Source: a virus
Lineage: Duplodnaviria > Heunggongvirae > Uroviricota > Caudoviricetes
IMG/VR virus record: IMGVR_UViG_3300002498_000057
Strand: one strand, 5' to 3'
DNA length: 64,000 bases
The position numbers and the translations under genes are program-made. Position 1 is the first letter of the stretch; each line of letters opens with the position of its first letter. The notes beneath the pieces are model-generated. The model was not told the origin of the DNA and ran no database searches. It saw nothing but the letters and a program-made list of their open reading frames with translations. Of this stretch, positions 14,132 through 22,949 are shown piece by piece.

Positions 14132-14618
14132 CCATATTTTTTTAAATTAAAATAATAGAGGGTATTTAATGGAGCACAGATAGCATATTGTATTTGATGA
14201 TATGTATAATAATTATAAAATAATTCAATATGCATATTATTAGCCAACGAATATTAATAGATATGGTTTACATTACTTAGATATATAGAAAACAATAATT
14301 ATTAATAATTATACTAAGTTTGTATTTAAGATCCATTTAAATAATATATCTTTTACAAAATACAATAAAGATAAATTTATGTTATCTATAGTAAAAGTTG
14401 TTGATATTTTTGCAAATCATACTATAGAATTTCCAAGTATACTTATAAAAATATAGAATCCAAAAGAAGTTTAGAAGTATGTTGAATTTGATTGTAAAAA
14501 TCTTAAAATTGATAAATTAAAAGGTTTATTTGATAATATAGATATAGTGATTAATAAGTTTTTATAGCTATATAAATAGCCGTATATACTAAGTTAAAAA
14601 TGATAAAGAGGGGGTGTT

Positions 14619-14849
14619 ATGGTAGTATTATCAACTATAATTAATAAAAATTCTTTATATGAAAGTAATTTAATTAATCCAAATAAAGAAGACGGTATAT
14701 GTAAACAGTGTAGTAGTACACAATCTAAGCATAAAGTATATATATTATATGTTACAATACGTAAAAGACACGGATCTGAATCGCATACAGTTTCAAGTAA
14801 TTTAGTAAATGTTTATAGTTCTTTAAAAAAGGCTCAAACTGCAAAATAG
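14619..14849 (+). CDS. hypothetical protein
   Basis: ORF with GGGGG SD. Confidence 0.35.
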   Translation: MVVLSTIINKNSLYESNLINPNKEDGICKQCSSTQSKHKVYILYVTIRKRHGSESHTVSSNLVNVYSSLKKAQTAK

Positions 14850-14943
14850 TCTCTTCAAGTACAGGAAAAAGATTCTAGTATGAAGGGATATATATGTGCG
14901 TATTCTATTAAAGAATATTGGGTAAATTAAATGGAGTATTAAG

Positions 14944-15270
14944 ATGAAAGTTTATATGGTAACTTATGGAGACTATTCAGATTATAGGGTATCTGGTATA
15001 TTCTCTACAAAAGAAAAAGCAAAAGAATATATTAAATTTATGTCAAACGATAATAAATATGCTGAGTATAATGATGTAGAAGTATTAGAAATAGACGAGT
15101 ACTATACAAATATCAATGATGGATTAACCGTATATCAGGGTAATATGGATGAATACGGTAATATTCAAGATGGTGTTAGAGTTGATGAAGGAAATATTTT
15201 ATCTACATATTATATGATATTTACAAATTGTAATAAGATTGTAATGCATTTTGGTATTATCTTCATTTAA
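14944..15270 (+). CDS. hypothetical protein
   Basis: ORF with GGAG SD, TAA stop. Confidence 0.45.
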   Translation: MKVYMVTYGDYSDYRVSGIFSTKEKAKEYIKFMSNDNKYAEYNDVEVLEIDEYYTNINDGLTVYQGNMDEYGNIQDGVRVDEGNILSTYYMIFTNCNKIVMHFGIIFI

Positions 15271-15627
15271 TATATTATAATTAAAAACAATATAATCTTC
15301 TTTAACTATTTATATTATATTACTACTTACTAAATTTATTACCAGTACTTGAAAATATTTTTGCTTTTTCATTTTTACTCCATATATATTATTATAAACA
15401 TATTAAAAGGAATAAATCATTATGAAATATTACAAAATTTCTTAGGTCATGCAATTAACTAATTTATCTTATTATCATCTTAAAAAATGAGCTGACTAGG
15501 GACTAATATAGTAGAGTCGGCTACCCTCGGGGTATAGAGTCTATTCTTAGTAGCAGATTCAAAAAATATTTTAGTTTATAGGTGACAATAATAAAAACAT
15601 TAAGCATTGGACATTAACTAAGTAATT

Positions 15628-16986
15628 TTGAATACTATAAAACTTCCTTATATTATTGATACAAAAGAAGATATAGATTATATCATATGTCTTAGAAAGC
15701 AACAATCTAATGTCATTAGATTTTCTTATAATAGATTTAAAGATAAATTATCTTAGAAATAGATAAGATTGTTAATTAAAGATTTAAATAATATAAATAA
15801 CTTAGATAGTTGGTTTATACAATCTGCTATTAAGAAAGCATAGTATCTATATAAATCTAATCCAGATAAGAAAGTAATCTTCGGTGGTAAATCTAATTAT
15901 CTCAAGAGATTACAAAGTAAAATTACAAAAGAATAGTATAAGTAGAAAAGAATTTAGCCATTGTATGTTGTGGGATAGTCTCCAAAGAATGGTAATAGAA
16001 AGTTTAACTTAGATATTGACAATAACTGTCTAGTATTTAAACCGTATGTAAGAAGAAAAATTAAATTACAATTACCAAAATTACATAAAAATATTAAAAA
16101 ACAATTATTGTTTTTACAACAACAAGCAAAAGATAAACTTCTTGCTTATCAAATAGCTATTGATGCTGAGTTTATTTACATTTCTTTTGAATATGAAAAA
16201 CATACTATTGAATTAAATAAGAGTATTTACATGGGAATCGATTTGAATCCCCAATTTATTGGGTATTCAATAATCAAGGGTAGTAAAGTAATATATTCTA
16301 AAACTTATGATATTGGATAGATAATTACTAGAGTAAAATAGACTAAAGAATAGTCTTCATCCAAAACTAATAAATATTTAAATAATAAATTTAACCATGA
16401 AACTATTTAGATTTCTAAAGACATAATAAACAATTGTTTAAAATACAAAGTATCTAATATATTTATGTAGTCCTTAGATTTTACTAAATCATTTAAGTTT
16501 AAATACAAAGGTTTAAATAGATTGTGTCAAAACCTTTGAAAAAGAAATAAGTTTACAAGCAATATTCAAAAAAGATGCAATTCCTATGGCGTCAAGTTAT
16601 CATTTATCAATGGTGCATATAGCTCTACTATAGGAAATATAAAGTATAATTTATTCGATCCATGCAATTCAGCTATTTAGATAGCAAGACGTGGATACGA
16701 GTGTTATACTAAAAGACAAAAGAAATTTTATCCAAATTTAGTAGTTAAAAAAGAATTTAAAGATCAATGGAAGAAATATTTAAATTCTAAGACTATTGAG
16801 TTAGATAGCGTTTCAAATGAAGATTTATTTAAAAATACCTGGAAAGATCTTCATAATTACCTAAAAAATTCTAAAGTGAAATATAGAGTTTCTTTAAGTG
16901 AGTGTGACTTATTTAAAGTTTTTAGATTAAAGAATAAAAGAAGTATGGTAAAATTATATAGTTTTACTTAGTCTTTTATACTTTAA
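15628..16986 (+). CDS. tnpB: IS200/IS605-family TnpB (RuvC-like, zinc finger), recoded; probable TTG start
   Basis: RuvC-I MGIDLN, RuvC-II IFMESLD and RuvC-III FDPCNSAIEIARRGY; TGA inside NLWKRNK; many TAG; left-end hairpin at 15500-15540. Confidence 0.7.
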
Positions 16987-17099
16987 GTATTTTAGAACAA
17001 CTTCTGAAGAAAAAGCTATTAAAATAGCAAATGATAAACGAGTCCAAATAATATCAAATAATAATTGGGTAAATGGATACGAAGAAAATATCCAGTCTT

Positions 17100-17136
17100 A
17101 AAAATAATTGTGATAAATCTAGAGACTTAGATATAA
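17100..17136 (+). promoter_or_regulatory. conserved promoter motif copy 4 (inside TnpB right-end/omega-RNA region)
   Basis: TTGTGA 17107-17112, 18-nt spacer, TATAAT 17131-17136. Confidence 0.5.
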
Positions 17137-17277
17137 TAAAAAATATAAGTAAGAGCCAATAAGGTTATAGATGTGAATTTAAAAAGAGTTATTTTTATAG
17201 TAAAAAGCCCAAAACTTTGTATTGATATGCTAATCCAAGTAGACTTGGTTAATATGTAATATTTCTAACTCTTTTTA

Positions 17278-17314
17278 AAAATAATTGTGATAAATCTAGA
17301 AAGCTAGATATAAT
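17278..17314 (+). promoter_or_regulatory. conserved promoter motif copy 5, driving tRNA(CUA)
   Basis: TTGTGA 17285-17290, 18-nt spacer, TATAAT 17309-17314; tRNA 5' end 12 nt downstream. Confidence 0.6.
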
Positions 17315-17325
17315 AAAAAATATAT

Positions 17326-17397
17326 GGAGTTATCGTTTAATGGCTAGGACCGCAGATTCTAAACCTGCAGATCGGGGTTCGATCCCCCGTAACTCTA
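17326..17397 (+). tRNA. amber-decoding tRNA(CUA) with Glu/Gln-type body (probable tRNA-Glu(CUA))
   Basis: Acceptor GGAGTTA/TAACTCT, D-stem GTTT/GGAC (U11-A24, U13-G22), anticodon loop TTCTAAA (CUA), 4-nt variable loop AGAT with A46, T-loop TTCGATC, CCA encoded. Confidence 0.85.
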
Positions 17398-17605
17398 CCA
17401 GATTCATAACCTATTTTTATGTGGGTTGGGTAGCTAAGGAGTATTAAAGAGGTAATATTACTTTAATAAAAACCACTTAAGGGATAATTAATATTTTTAG
17501 TGTAGCAGGTCAATTTCTAAAAATATTGAGTTATTCAAAATCTCCTAAATGAATCTTTTATTTACCTCAGGTATCACAATGGTTAGTGAGTCTGAGCTTA
17601 TTTAT

Positions 17606-17677
17606 GGGCAGGTCATATAGTGGTTAGTATGCGACTCTTATACGGTTGTCACGGTGGTTCAATTCCACCTCTGCCTA
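17606..17677 (+). tRNA. tRNA-Ile(UAU)
   Basis: Acceptor GGGCAGG/TCTGCCT, anticodon stem CGACT/GGTTG with GU pairs, loop CTTATAC, T-loop TTCAATT, CCA encoded. Confidence 0.7.
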
Positions 17678-17867
17678 CCAATTTTAAAAATATTTTCATA
17701 AACATGAACCTTTAATTTATTTATATATAATAAGGAGTTCAAATTTATGGAAGAATTAATATGCAAATACTGTAATAAGTTGTTAAAAACAAAAGATTAT
17801 ATGCACAACATGAAATAAGATGTACATGCAATTCAAATAAAATTGATTGTATGAATCATTATATTAA

Positions 17868-17941
17868 GCCCAAGTAACTCAGTTGGTAGTAGTGATTGTG
17901 TTACATGCAATAAGTCATAGGTTCGAATCCTATTTTGGGCA
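17868..17941 (+). tRNA. tRNA-Val(UAC)-like with poorly paired D-stem
   Basis: Acceptor GCCCAAG/TTTGGGC, anticodon stem ATTGT/GCAAT, loop GTTACAT, T-arm ATAGG-TTCGAAT-CCTAT, CCA encoded; D-stem ACTC/GTAG does not pair. Confidence 0.5.
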
Positions 17942-17949
17942 CCAGTATT

Positions 17950-18112
17950 TAAAAATAATAGTTACTACGTATTAGGGACAACTAATCCTAATCAAATTAG
18001 ATCCCTATATCAAGAGTATTTAGCTAATATTTACTTGATACTACTGTCGTCAGAGACGTTAAGACTGATTAATCGGGTGTAGTAACTATTATTTTTTAAT
18101 AAGTGTATAGAG
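17950..18112 (+). ncRNA. long perfect hairpin RNA candidate sharing the AATAATAG motif of the Y-RNA-like units
   Basis: AAAAATAATAGTTACTAC ... GTAGTAACTATTATTTTTT 18-bp inverted repeat enclosing ~110 nt with three internal hairpins. Confidence 0.3.
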
Positions 18113-18127
18113 TGATAAACATGTTGA

Positions 18128-18484
18128 GGGGATGAAATGGATTCGACATAGTGAATAGGATAGAGAAACGAGTAGAGAATGATTGTGATACTCTCAAAAC
18201 TCAATTAAAGTTAAAATAGTTAACGACAACTTACTACAAGCTGCTTAATTGCAGACTATCATAACTGAGGTTCTCTGATTTGTAGATTATGATAGTAAGA
18301 CCATAATCAGACTTATCCAATAAGATAGTCTTAGTAATTGGATATAGTATACAAGGCATTACATAATTTAGGTTTGCACAATTGTCCTTCTTATGTGATT
18401 ATTAAACAATTATGCTATACTCGTAAGTGATTTCTTGAAAGTAAGCATTATGGACCCGAGTATCGAAACTCGGCATCTCCACCA
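18128..18484 (+). ncRNA. ssrA: tmRNA (SsrA)
   Basis: 5' GGGGATGAAATGGATTCGAC and tRNA-like 3' end GGACCCGAG-TATCGAAA-CTCGG-CATCTCC-A-CCA; internal tag frame (V)NDNLLQAA-TAA. Confidence 0.8.
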
Positions 18485-18519
18485 TTTTCAATAAATTGAA
18501 TTATAGGTTTCTTTATTTA

Positions 18520-18610
18520 CCTGTTTTAAATGAAGTGGTGAATAACTGTGCTTAATTGCACTAATTACCCAAGTTTTTGCTATTTTCACTTTGAGTAAAG
18601 TAGTACTTTT
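18520..18610 (+). repeat. ~95-nt repeat family R1, copy a (candidate small RNA preceding tRNAs)
   Basis: About 80% identical to 18906-19000; contains GTGCTTAATTGCAC and CTTTGAGTAAAG hairpins. Confidence 0.35.
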
Positions 18611-18611
18611 A

Positions 18612-18689
18612 GGGCTATATCTTGGGATACTATTTAGTAAACCTACAACTGGAACTAAATGGCTTAGAGTTCGATTCTCTAATAGTCCT
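18612..18689 (+). tRNA. tRNA-like element with canonical acceptor and T-arm, anticodon unresolved
   Basis: GGGCTAT/ATAGTCC acceptor, TAGAG-TTCGATT-CTCTA T-arm, CCA encoded; no clean D or anticodon stem found. Confidence 0.3.
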
Positions 18690-18708
18690 CCAGAATTTAA
18701 TAGTTAAT

Positions 18709-18779
18709 AGACTTTTAGTGAAATGGTATCACGAAGGAATTTGGATCCTTAGTTATAGGTTCGAATCCTATATGGTCTG
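18709..18779 (+). tRNA. tRNA-Gln(UUG)
   Basis: D-stem GTGA/TCAC, anticodon stem AAGGA/TCCTT, loop ATTTGGA, 4-nt variable loop, discriminator G, CCA encoded. Confidence 0.8.
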
Positions 18780-18822
18780 CCAATATATAAAACCAATAAG
18801 TATATAGGGTGTAAATTTTTAT

Positions 18823-18894
18823 AGAGCATTCGTTTATCGGAAAAGATACTCGGCTGTCGCCCGAGAGAGAGGGGTTCAACTCCCCTATGTTCTG
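18823..18894 (+). tRNA. tRNA-Asp(GUC)
   Basis: Acceptor AGAGCAT/ATGTTCT, anticodon stem CTCGG/CCGAG, loop CTGTCGC, T-arm AGGGG-TTCAACT-CCCCT, discriminator G, no CCA. Confidence 0.75.
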
Positions 18895-18905
18895 AAGTTA
18901 AAAAC

Positions 18906-19000
18906 AGTTCTTATTTACTGTCTTAAATAAGTGGTGGATAACTGGGCTTAATTGCACCAATTTCTCAGGTCTTTGGTATTTTCGCTTTGAGTAAAGTACC
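18906..19000 (+). repeat. repeat family R1, copy b
   Basis: Paralog of 18520-18610. Confidence 0.35.
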
Positions 19001-19008
19001 ATTTTAAT

Positions 19009-19081
19009 GTCACAGTAACTCGGGTCGGAAGAGTGTTCGTTTGAAGGGCGAAAGGCAGGATATCGAAATTCCTCAGTGGCA
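19009..19081 (+). tRNA. tRNA-Phe(GAA)
   Basis: D-stem ACTC/GAGT, anticodon stem TTCGT/GCGAA, loop TTGAAGG, discriminator A, CCA encoded; T-loop ATCGAAA atypical. Confidence 0.7.
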
Positions 19082-19104
19082 CCATACTTTGTATGTTTTA
19101 AACA

Positions 19105-19197
19105 CTATAATTAATCTTTGGTGGAGAGTTGATCACTCTTAGATATTTCGTTAATATCATGGAAATGTAGTAGTTCGAATCTACATTATAGTATTTA
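19105..19197 (+). repeat. ~93-nt repeat family R2, copy a (tRNA-like/structured RNA candidate)
   Basis: About 93% identical to 23628-23722; hairpins AGAGT-TGATC-ACTCT and ATGTAG-TAGTTCGAAT-CTACAT (T-arm-like). Confidence 0.35.
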
Positions 19198-19205
19198 AGT
19201 TTTAT

Positions 19206-19279
19206 ATTCCTATAGCTCAGTTGAATAGAGCAAATGCCTTCTAAGCATTAGGTCGTTGGTTTGAGTCCAACTAGGAATG
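19206..19279 (+). tRNA. tRNA-Arg(UCU)
   Basis: Acceptor ATTCCTA/TAGGAAT, D-arm GCTC-AGTTGAATA-GAGC, anticodon loop CTTCTAA, CCA encoded. Confidence 0.85.
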
Positions 19280-19313
19280 CCAAAATTGAATAAATAGTGT
19301 GTAAAATTTTTTA

Positions 19314-19387
19314 GTACACTTAGCCAAGTGGTCAACGGCGGATGGCTGCAACCCATCTATTCACAGGTTCAAATCCTGTAGTGTACT
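19314..19387 (+). tRNA. tRNA-Cys(GCA), class I
   Basis: Acceptor GTACACT/AGTGTAC, anticodon stem GATGG/CCATC, loop CTGCAAC, discriminator U, CCA encoded. Confidence 0.8.
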
Positions 19388-19408
19388 CCAATTATTTTCA
19401 TATTTTTA

Positions 19409-19446
19409 AAAATAATTGTGATAATTTCTAAAGTTGTGGATATAAT
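19409..19446 (+). promoter_or_regulatory. conserved promoter motif copy 6
   Basis: TTGTGA 19416-19421, 19-nt spacer, TATAAT 19441-19446. Confidence 0.6.
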
Positions 19447-19481
19447 AATATTAGATTAAGAAAATATAAGAGGTTGCAAAA

Positions 19482-19751
19482 ATGGGAAGATACGAATGTT
19501 GTAATTCATATGGCTGTTCTGCAGGATATTGTCAAGGTGTGGCTAGAATTAAAACTAAATATACCTTATCACAAGCATTAGAATGTATGCGAGATAATAT
19601 TACAATGATTAATAGCGCATACGATAATGAATATATTATTACAAAGATTTTGGATAAAGATGTTCTTGTCGACGTTACAGATTCTGATAATTATATTTAT
19701 GAAACTGAACTAGATTTACTTGAGCTTGAAGCTGTTTGGTATGTTAAATAA
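19482..19751 (+). CDS. hypothetical Cys-rich protein
   Basis: ORF with SD AGAGGT, TAA stop. Confidence 0.5.
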   Translation: MGRYECCNSYGCSAGYCQGVARIKTKYTLSQALECMRDNITMINSAYDNEYIITKILDKDVLVDVTDSDNYIYETELDLLELEAVWYVK

Positions 19752-19762
19752 AAATATTTTAA

Positions 19763-19897
19763 CGTGGTGTAGATAATAGTTACTTCGTTCGTTAAACGAC
19801 TGGTTGGTGGTTCAAGTCCATCCATGATGACATTAACATCATGTAGCTCAATTGGCAGAGCAGTACAGAACTATTGTTGCTTGTTCCCGTTATTTTT
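19763..19897 (+). ncRNA. Y-RNA-like unit A (YrlA-like: terminal stem + permuted tRNA-like module)
   Basis: 5' GATAATAGTTAC pairs with 3' GAACTATTGTTGC. Internal T-arm GGTGG-TTCAAGT-CCATCC, closed acceptor-like hairpin CATGATG-ACATTAA-CATCATG and D-arm GCTC-AATTGGCA-GAGC. U-rich 3' tail. Confidence 0.55.
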
Positions 19898-19906
19898 AAA
19901 TTTTTT

Positions 19907-20006
19907 AGTGTAGCGCAGATAATAGATACTTCGGATTAATAGGTTCAACTCCTATATTAGCTTCGGCTATGATATAAATCTATTGTCGTTTATTCTCACT
20001 AATTTT
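19907..20006 (+). ncRNA. Y-RNA-like unit B (YrlB-like, shorter)
   Basis: 5' GATAATAGAT pairs with 3' ATCTATTGTC; internal T-arm ATAGG-TTCAACT-CCTAT and TAGC-UUCG-GCTA hairpin; 3' tail GTTTATTCTCACTAATTTT. Confidence 0.5.
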
Positions 20007-20030
20007 AAAAGTATAATATAAATAATAATT

Positions 20031-20174
20031 TAGTGTAGTGTAAATAATAGCTACTTCGATAATAACCCGTTGGTCAGTGGTTCGAATCCATTCGTGAGGT
20101 AATTCTCTCGTAGCTCAGCTGGTAGAGCAATGGGCACAGATAAAACTATTATTAATTGTTCTCACTAATTTTAA
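20031..20174 (+). ncRNA. Y-RNA-like unit C (YrlA-like)
   Basis: 5' AAATAATAGCTAC pairs with 3' ACTATTATT; internal T-arm CAGTGG-TTCGAAT-CCATTCG and D-arm GCTC-AGCTGGTA-GAGC; same 3' tail motif as unit B. Confidence 0.55.
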
Positions 20175-20180
20175 ATTTTA

Positions 20181-20260
20181 ATGTATGGTGTAAATTAAAG
20201 ATACTTCGTTTAATTGAAACAAACATCATGAATCTTTAGTTGATTGTCCCTACATTTTTT
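20181..20260 (+). ncRNA. Y-RNA-like unit D (short)
   Basis: Shares the 5' motif ATGGTGTAAATTAAAGATACTTCG and the 3' motif GATTGTCCCTACATTTTTT. Confidence 0.4.
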
Positions 20261-20262
20261 AA

Positions 20263-20336
20263 TACATGGTGAAGATTAGAGCTACTTCGTGGTAGACAAA
20301 AGACTCTTATCGTTTATTCCTGTATTATTTTGTTTT
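20263..20336 (+). ncRNA. Y-RNA-like unit E (short)
   Basis: 5' ACATGGTGAAGATTAGAGCTACTTCG; 3' TATCGTTTATTCCTGTATTATTTT. Confidence 0.4.
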
Positions 20337-20342
20337 AGTTAT

Positions 20343-20411
20343 ATGCATGGTGAAAAATAAAGTTACTTCGCTGAATAGAAATACAACTTTATTTGCTTAT
20401 TCCTGCATTTT
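20343..20411 (+). ncRNA. Y-RNA-like unit F (short)
   Basis: 5' ATGCATGGTGAAAAATAAAGTTACTTCG; 3' TTTGCTTATTCCTGCATTTTTT. Confidence 0.4.
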
Positions 20412-20434
20412 TTAATAATACTGTTGGAGAAATA

Positions 20435-20929
20435 ATGGACATTGATAAAATAGTTGAAAGTATTAATTAGGTTAACAAACTTAAATGTAATAGACTTATA
20501 CCAATTTTTAAAAAGGTATTATAGTTATAGGGTGATATTTAGTTAAGTGTCCAAATTGCAAGTTCTAATGTAGATAATTACAATCGATACAAATTAACTG
20601 ATGTACCATATTATAATACATATATAATTTTTTATATTACATCAATTAATAGTTTATATAAATTAAAAATAAATAGTATAGTTAATATTTATAAATTATT
20701 ATTTAAGCCTTGGTTAATATATTTTAATGCTGATGGTATATAGTATTCACCGATTGGTAAAAATAATTTTTATTCTATTAGTAGTCTAAATTTAAAATAG
20801 CTGAAACTAAATGATGTATTAGAATAGTTAAATAAATCTGGTGAAGATATTGTTAAAATATTTATTGAAGATAATAAGCGAATATTTGCTCCAAATTTAT
20901 TAAAACGGTTAAAACTTGATAATAAATAA
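20435..20929 (+). CDS. hypothetical protein (recoded)
   Basis: SD GGAGAAATAATG; 10 in-frame TAG; TAA stop. Confidence 0.35.
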
Positions 20930-20962
20930 AAAAATTACTACTAATCTTAAAAGGAGATTGCT

Positions 20963-22330
20963 ATGTCGAAAGTTAATGTAAAGGTTGCTTATCCAAATCC
21001 TAAAACACATGGAGATGGTATTGCGTCAAAACTTACTAAGTTAGAAGAACTTCGTAGAAGTGTATTATCTAATATGCTTTGGGAAAATGAATTTTATGAA
21101 GACGGCGAAAGTATTGCAACTAGAATAACCAATTTAGCGAATACTGTTGATCCTAACAAGGTAGCTGATTTGGCTATTGAAGCAAGAGAACAAATGAAGT
21201 TAAGACATGTACCATTATTGTTATGTCGTATTCTTGCAAAAAGAGGTTATAAGGTAGCAAATACTTTAGCTAGAGTTATTCAAAGACCAGATGAACTTAC
21301 TGAATTTTTAGCTATTTATTGGAAAAATGGCAAAGAACCTTTATCAGCTCAAGTTAAGAAAGGACTAGCGTTAGCATTTACAAAATTTGATGAATATCAA
21401 TTAGCTAAATATAATAGAGATGAAAATATTAAATTAAAAGATGTATTATTTTTATCCCATGCAAAACCCCTTACTGATGACCAAGCAAATGTCTGGAAAA
21501 GATTAATTGATGGTACCATAGAAACTCCAGACACCTGGGAAGTAGCATTATCAACTGGTAAGGATAAGAAAGAAACTTTTGAAAGACTTATTACTTCAAA
21601 AAAATTAGGCGCATTAGCGTTAATACGTAACTTAAGAAAGATGGAAGAATCAAAAGTTGACAATAATATTATAAAACAAGCATTACTAGATATGAAAGTT
21701 GATAGAGTATTACCATTTAGATTCATTGCGGCAGCAAAACATGCTCCAAGATTTGAGCAGGATCTTGAACAAGCAATGTTTAAGTGTCTTAGTAATGGTA
21801 CTAAGTTACCTGGTAAAACTATTTTAATAATAGATATTTCTGGTAGTATGCATGGTCAATTATCATCTAAATCTGAAATGAGTAGATATGATGCTGCTAA
21901 TTCATTAGCTATTCTAGTAAGGGAAATGTGTGAAAATCCCGTAATATATGCTACAGCTGGAAATGACGGTAGAAGAATTCATGCAACAGCTTTAGTTCCA
22001 AACAGACGTGGATTTGCATTGCCAGACGCTATTATGAACATGAATAGTACTCTTGGTGGTGGTGGAATATTCTTAAAGCAAGTAATGGATTATGTATATG
22101 ATAAAGAGCATGATGCAGATAGAATTATAATTATTACAGATGAACAAGATTGTGATAATAGTAACGTAAATGCACCTGCAAATGCTAATGCCTTTGGGAA
22201 ACAAAATTATATTATAAATATTGCTTCATATAATAGAGGTATAGCATATAATAAAAAATGGATCCATATTAGTGGATGGTCAGAAGCGGTATTAAATTAT
22301 ATAGCACAATATGAGTTAATGGGTAATTAA
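20963..22330 (+). CDS. rsr: Ro60 ortholog (TROVE domain + C-terminal vWA/MIDAS), Rsr-like
   Basis: N-terminal LTKLEELRRSVLSNMLWENEFYEDG (TROVE); C-terminal ILIIDISGSMHG MIDAS motif; SD AAGGAG; no TAG/TGA. Confidence 0.8.
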   Translation: MSKVNVKVAYPNPKTHGDGIASKLTKLEELRRSVLSNMLWENEFYEDGESIATRITNLANTVDPNKVADLAIEAREQMKLRHVPLLLCRILAKRGYKVANTLARVIQRPDELTEFLAIYWKNGKEPLSAQVKKGLALAFTKFDEYQLAKYNRDENIKLKDVLFLSHAKPLTDDQANVWKRLIDGTIETPDTWEVALSTGKDKKETFERLITSKKLGALALIRNLRKMEESKVDNNIIKQALLDMKVDRVLPFRFIAAAKHAPRFEQDLEQAMFKCLSNGTKLPGKTILIIDISGSMHGQLSSKSEMSRYDAANSLAILVREMCENPVIYATAGNDGRRIHATALVPNRRGFALPDAIMNMNSTLGGGGIFLKQVMDYVYDKEHDADRIIIITDEQDCDNSNVNAPANANAFGKQNYIINIASYNRGIAYNKKWIHISGWSEAVLNYIAQYELMGN

Positions 22331-22331
22331 A

Positions 22332-22550
22332 ATGGGTGAGTATAACTTCCTTGATGATTATGATTCATGGGCAGACTATGTATATGCAATGATAGATAAT
22401 GAAGGTTTTGATTATTGCTTTGTAAATTATTCTAATTTTGATAATGTTGAAGATGAAAAATTTCATAAACTTAGAAAGAAATATTTAAAAGTTCAAAAAG
22501 AACTTAATGATTATATTGAACAAAATTTAAGTGAACTGGATAGTATTTAA
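22332..22550 (+). CDS. hypothetical acidic small protein
   Basis: ORF directly after rsr (stop/start TAAAATG overlap region). Confidence 0.4.
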   Translation: MGEYNFLDDYDSWADYVYAMIDNEGFDYCFVNYSNFDNVEDEKFHKLRKKYLKVQKELNDYIEQNLSELDSI

Positions 22551-22596
22551 GTAAAAAGTGTTTTTGTCGTTCACACTATAAATAAAGCGACTATAT

Positions 22597-22667
22597 TGCG
22601 GGGTAGAGGAGTGGTTTTTCGACGGCCTCATAAGCCATAGACGCAAATTCGAATTTTGCCCCCGCAA
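22597..22667 (+). tRNA. tRNA-Met(CAU), initiator-like
   Basis: Acceptor TGCGGGG/CCCCGCA, A11-U24, anticodon stem ACGGC/GCCAT with three consecutive G-C pairs, loop CTCATAA, T-arm GCAAA-TTCGAAT-TTTGC, discriminator A, no CCA. Confidence 0.7.
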
Positions 22668-22836
22668 CAAAATATTTTTAATTTTTTTAAATATAATGAT
22701 ATTTATATATAATATACATAAAGGAATATAACATGAGAAAACATCAAATTAGTCCATTATATTATTCACTCAATGCTAAAGGAGAATTTAGCTAAGGGTA
22801 CTTTTATGTGTATATAACATAGTATAGATTTTAAAG

Positions 22837-22867
22837 GTACCAATAAAATGGTACCTTATTTTTTTGA
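22837..22867 (+). terminator. rho-independent terminator
   Basis: GGTACC-AATAAAAT-GGTACC hairpin followed by TTATTTTTTT. Confidence 0.6.
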
Positions 22868-22874
22868 AGTTTAA

Positions 22875-22912
22875 AAACTAATTGTGATAATTCTAACAAC
22901 ATTGGTTATAAT
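22875..22912 (+). promoter_or_regulatory. conserved promoter motif copy 7
   Basis: TTGTGA 22882-22887, 19-nt spacer, TATAAT 22907-22912. Confidence 0.6.
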
Positions 22913-22949
22913 AACAATATATTAATTACAGACAATATGAGGTTATATC

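Noticed and set aside
19757-20420. CRISPR array interpretation of the six tandem repeat units
   Set aside because: Units are 70-145 nt, unequal in length, and contain tRNA-like D and T arms and U-rich tails. There is no short invariant repeat and spacer alternation, and no cas genes.
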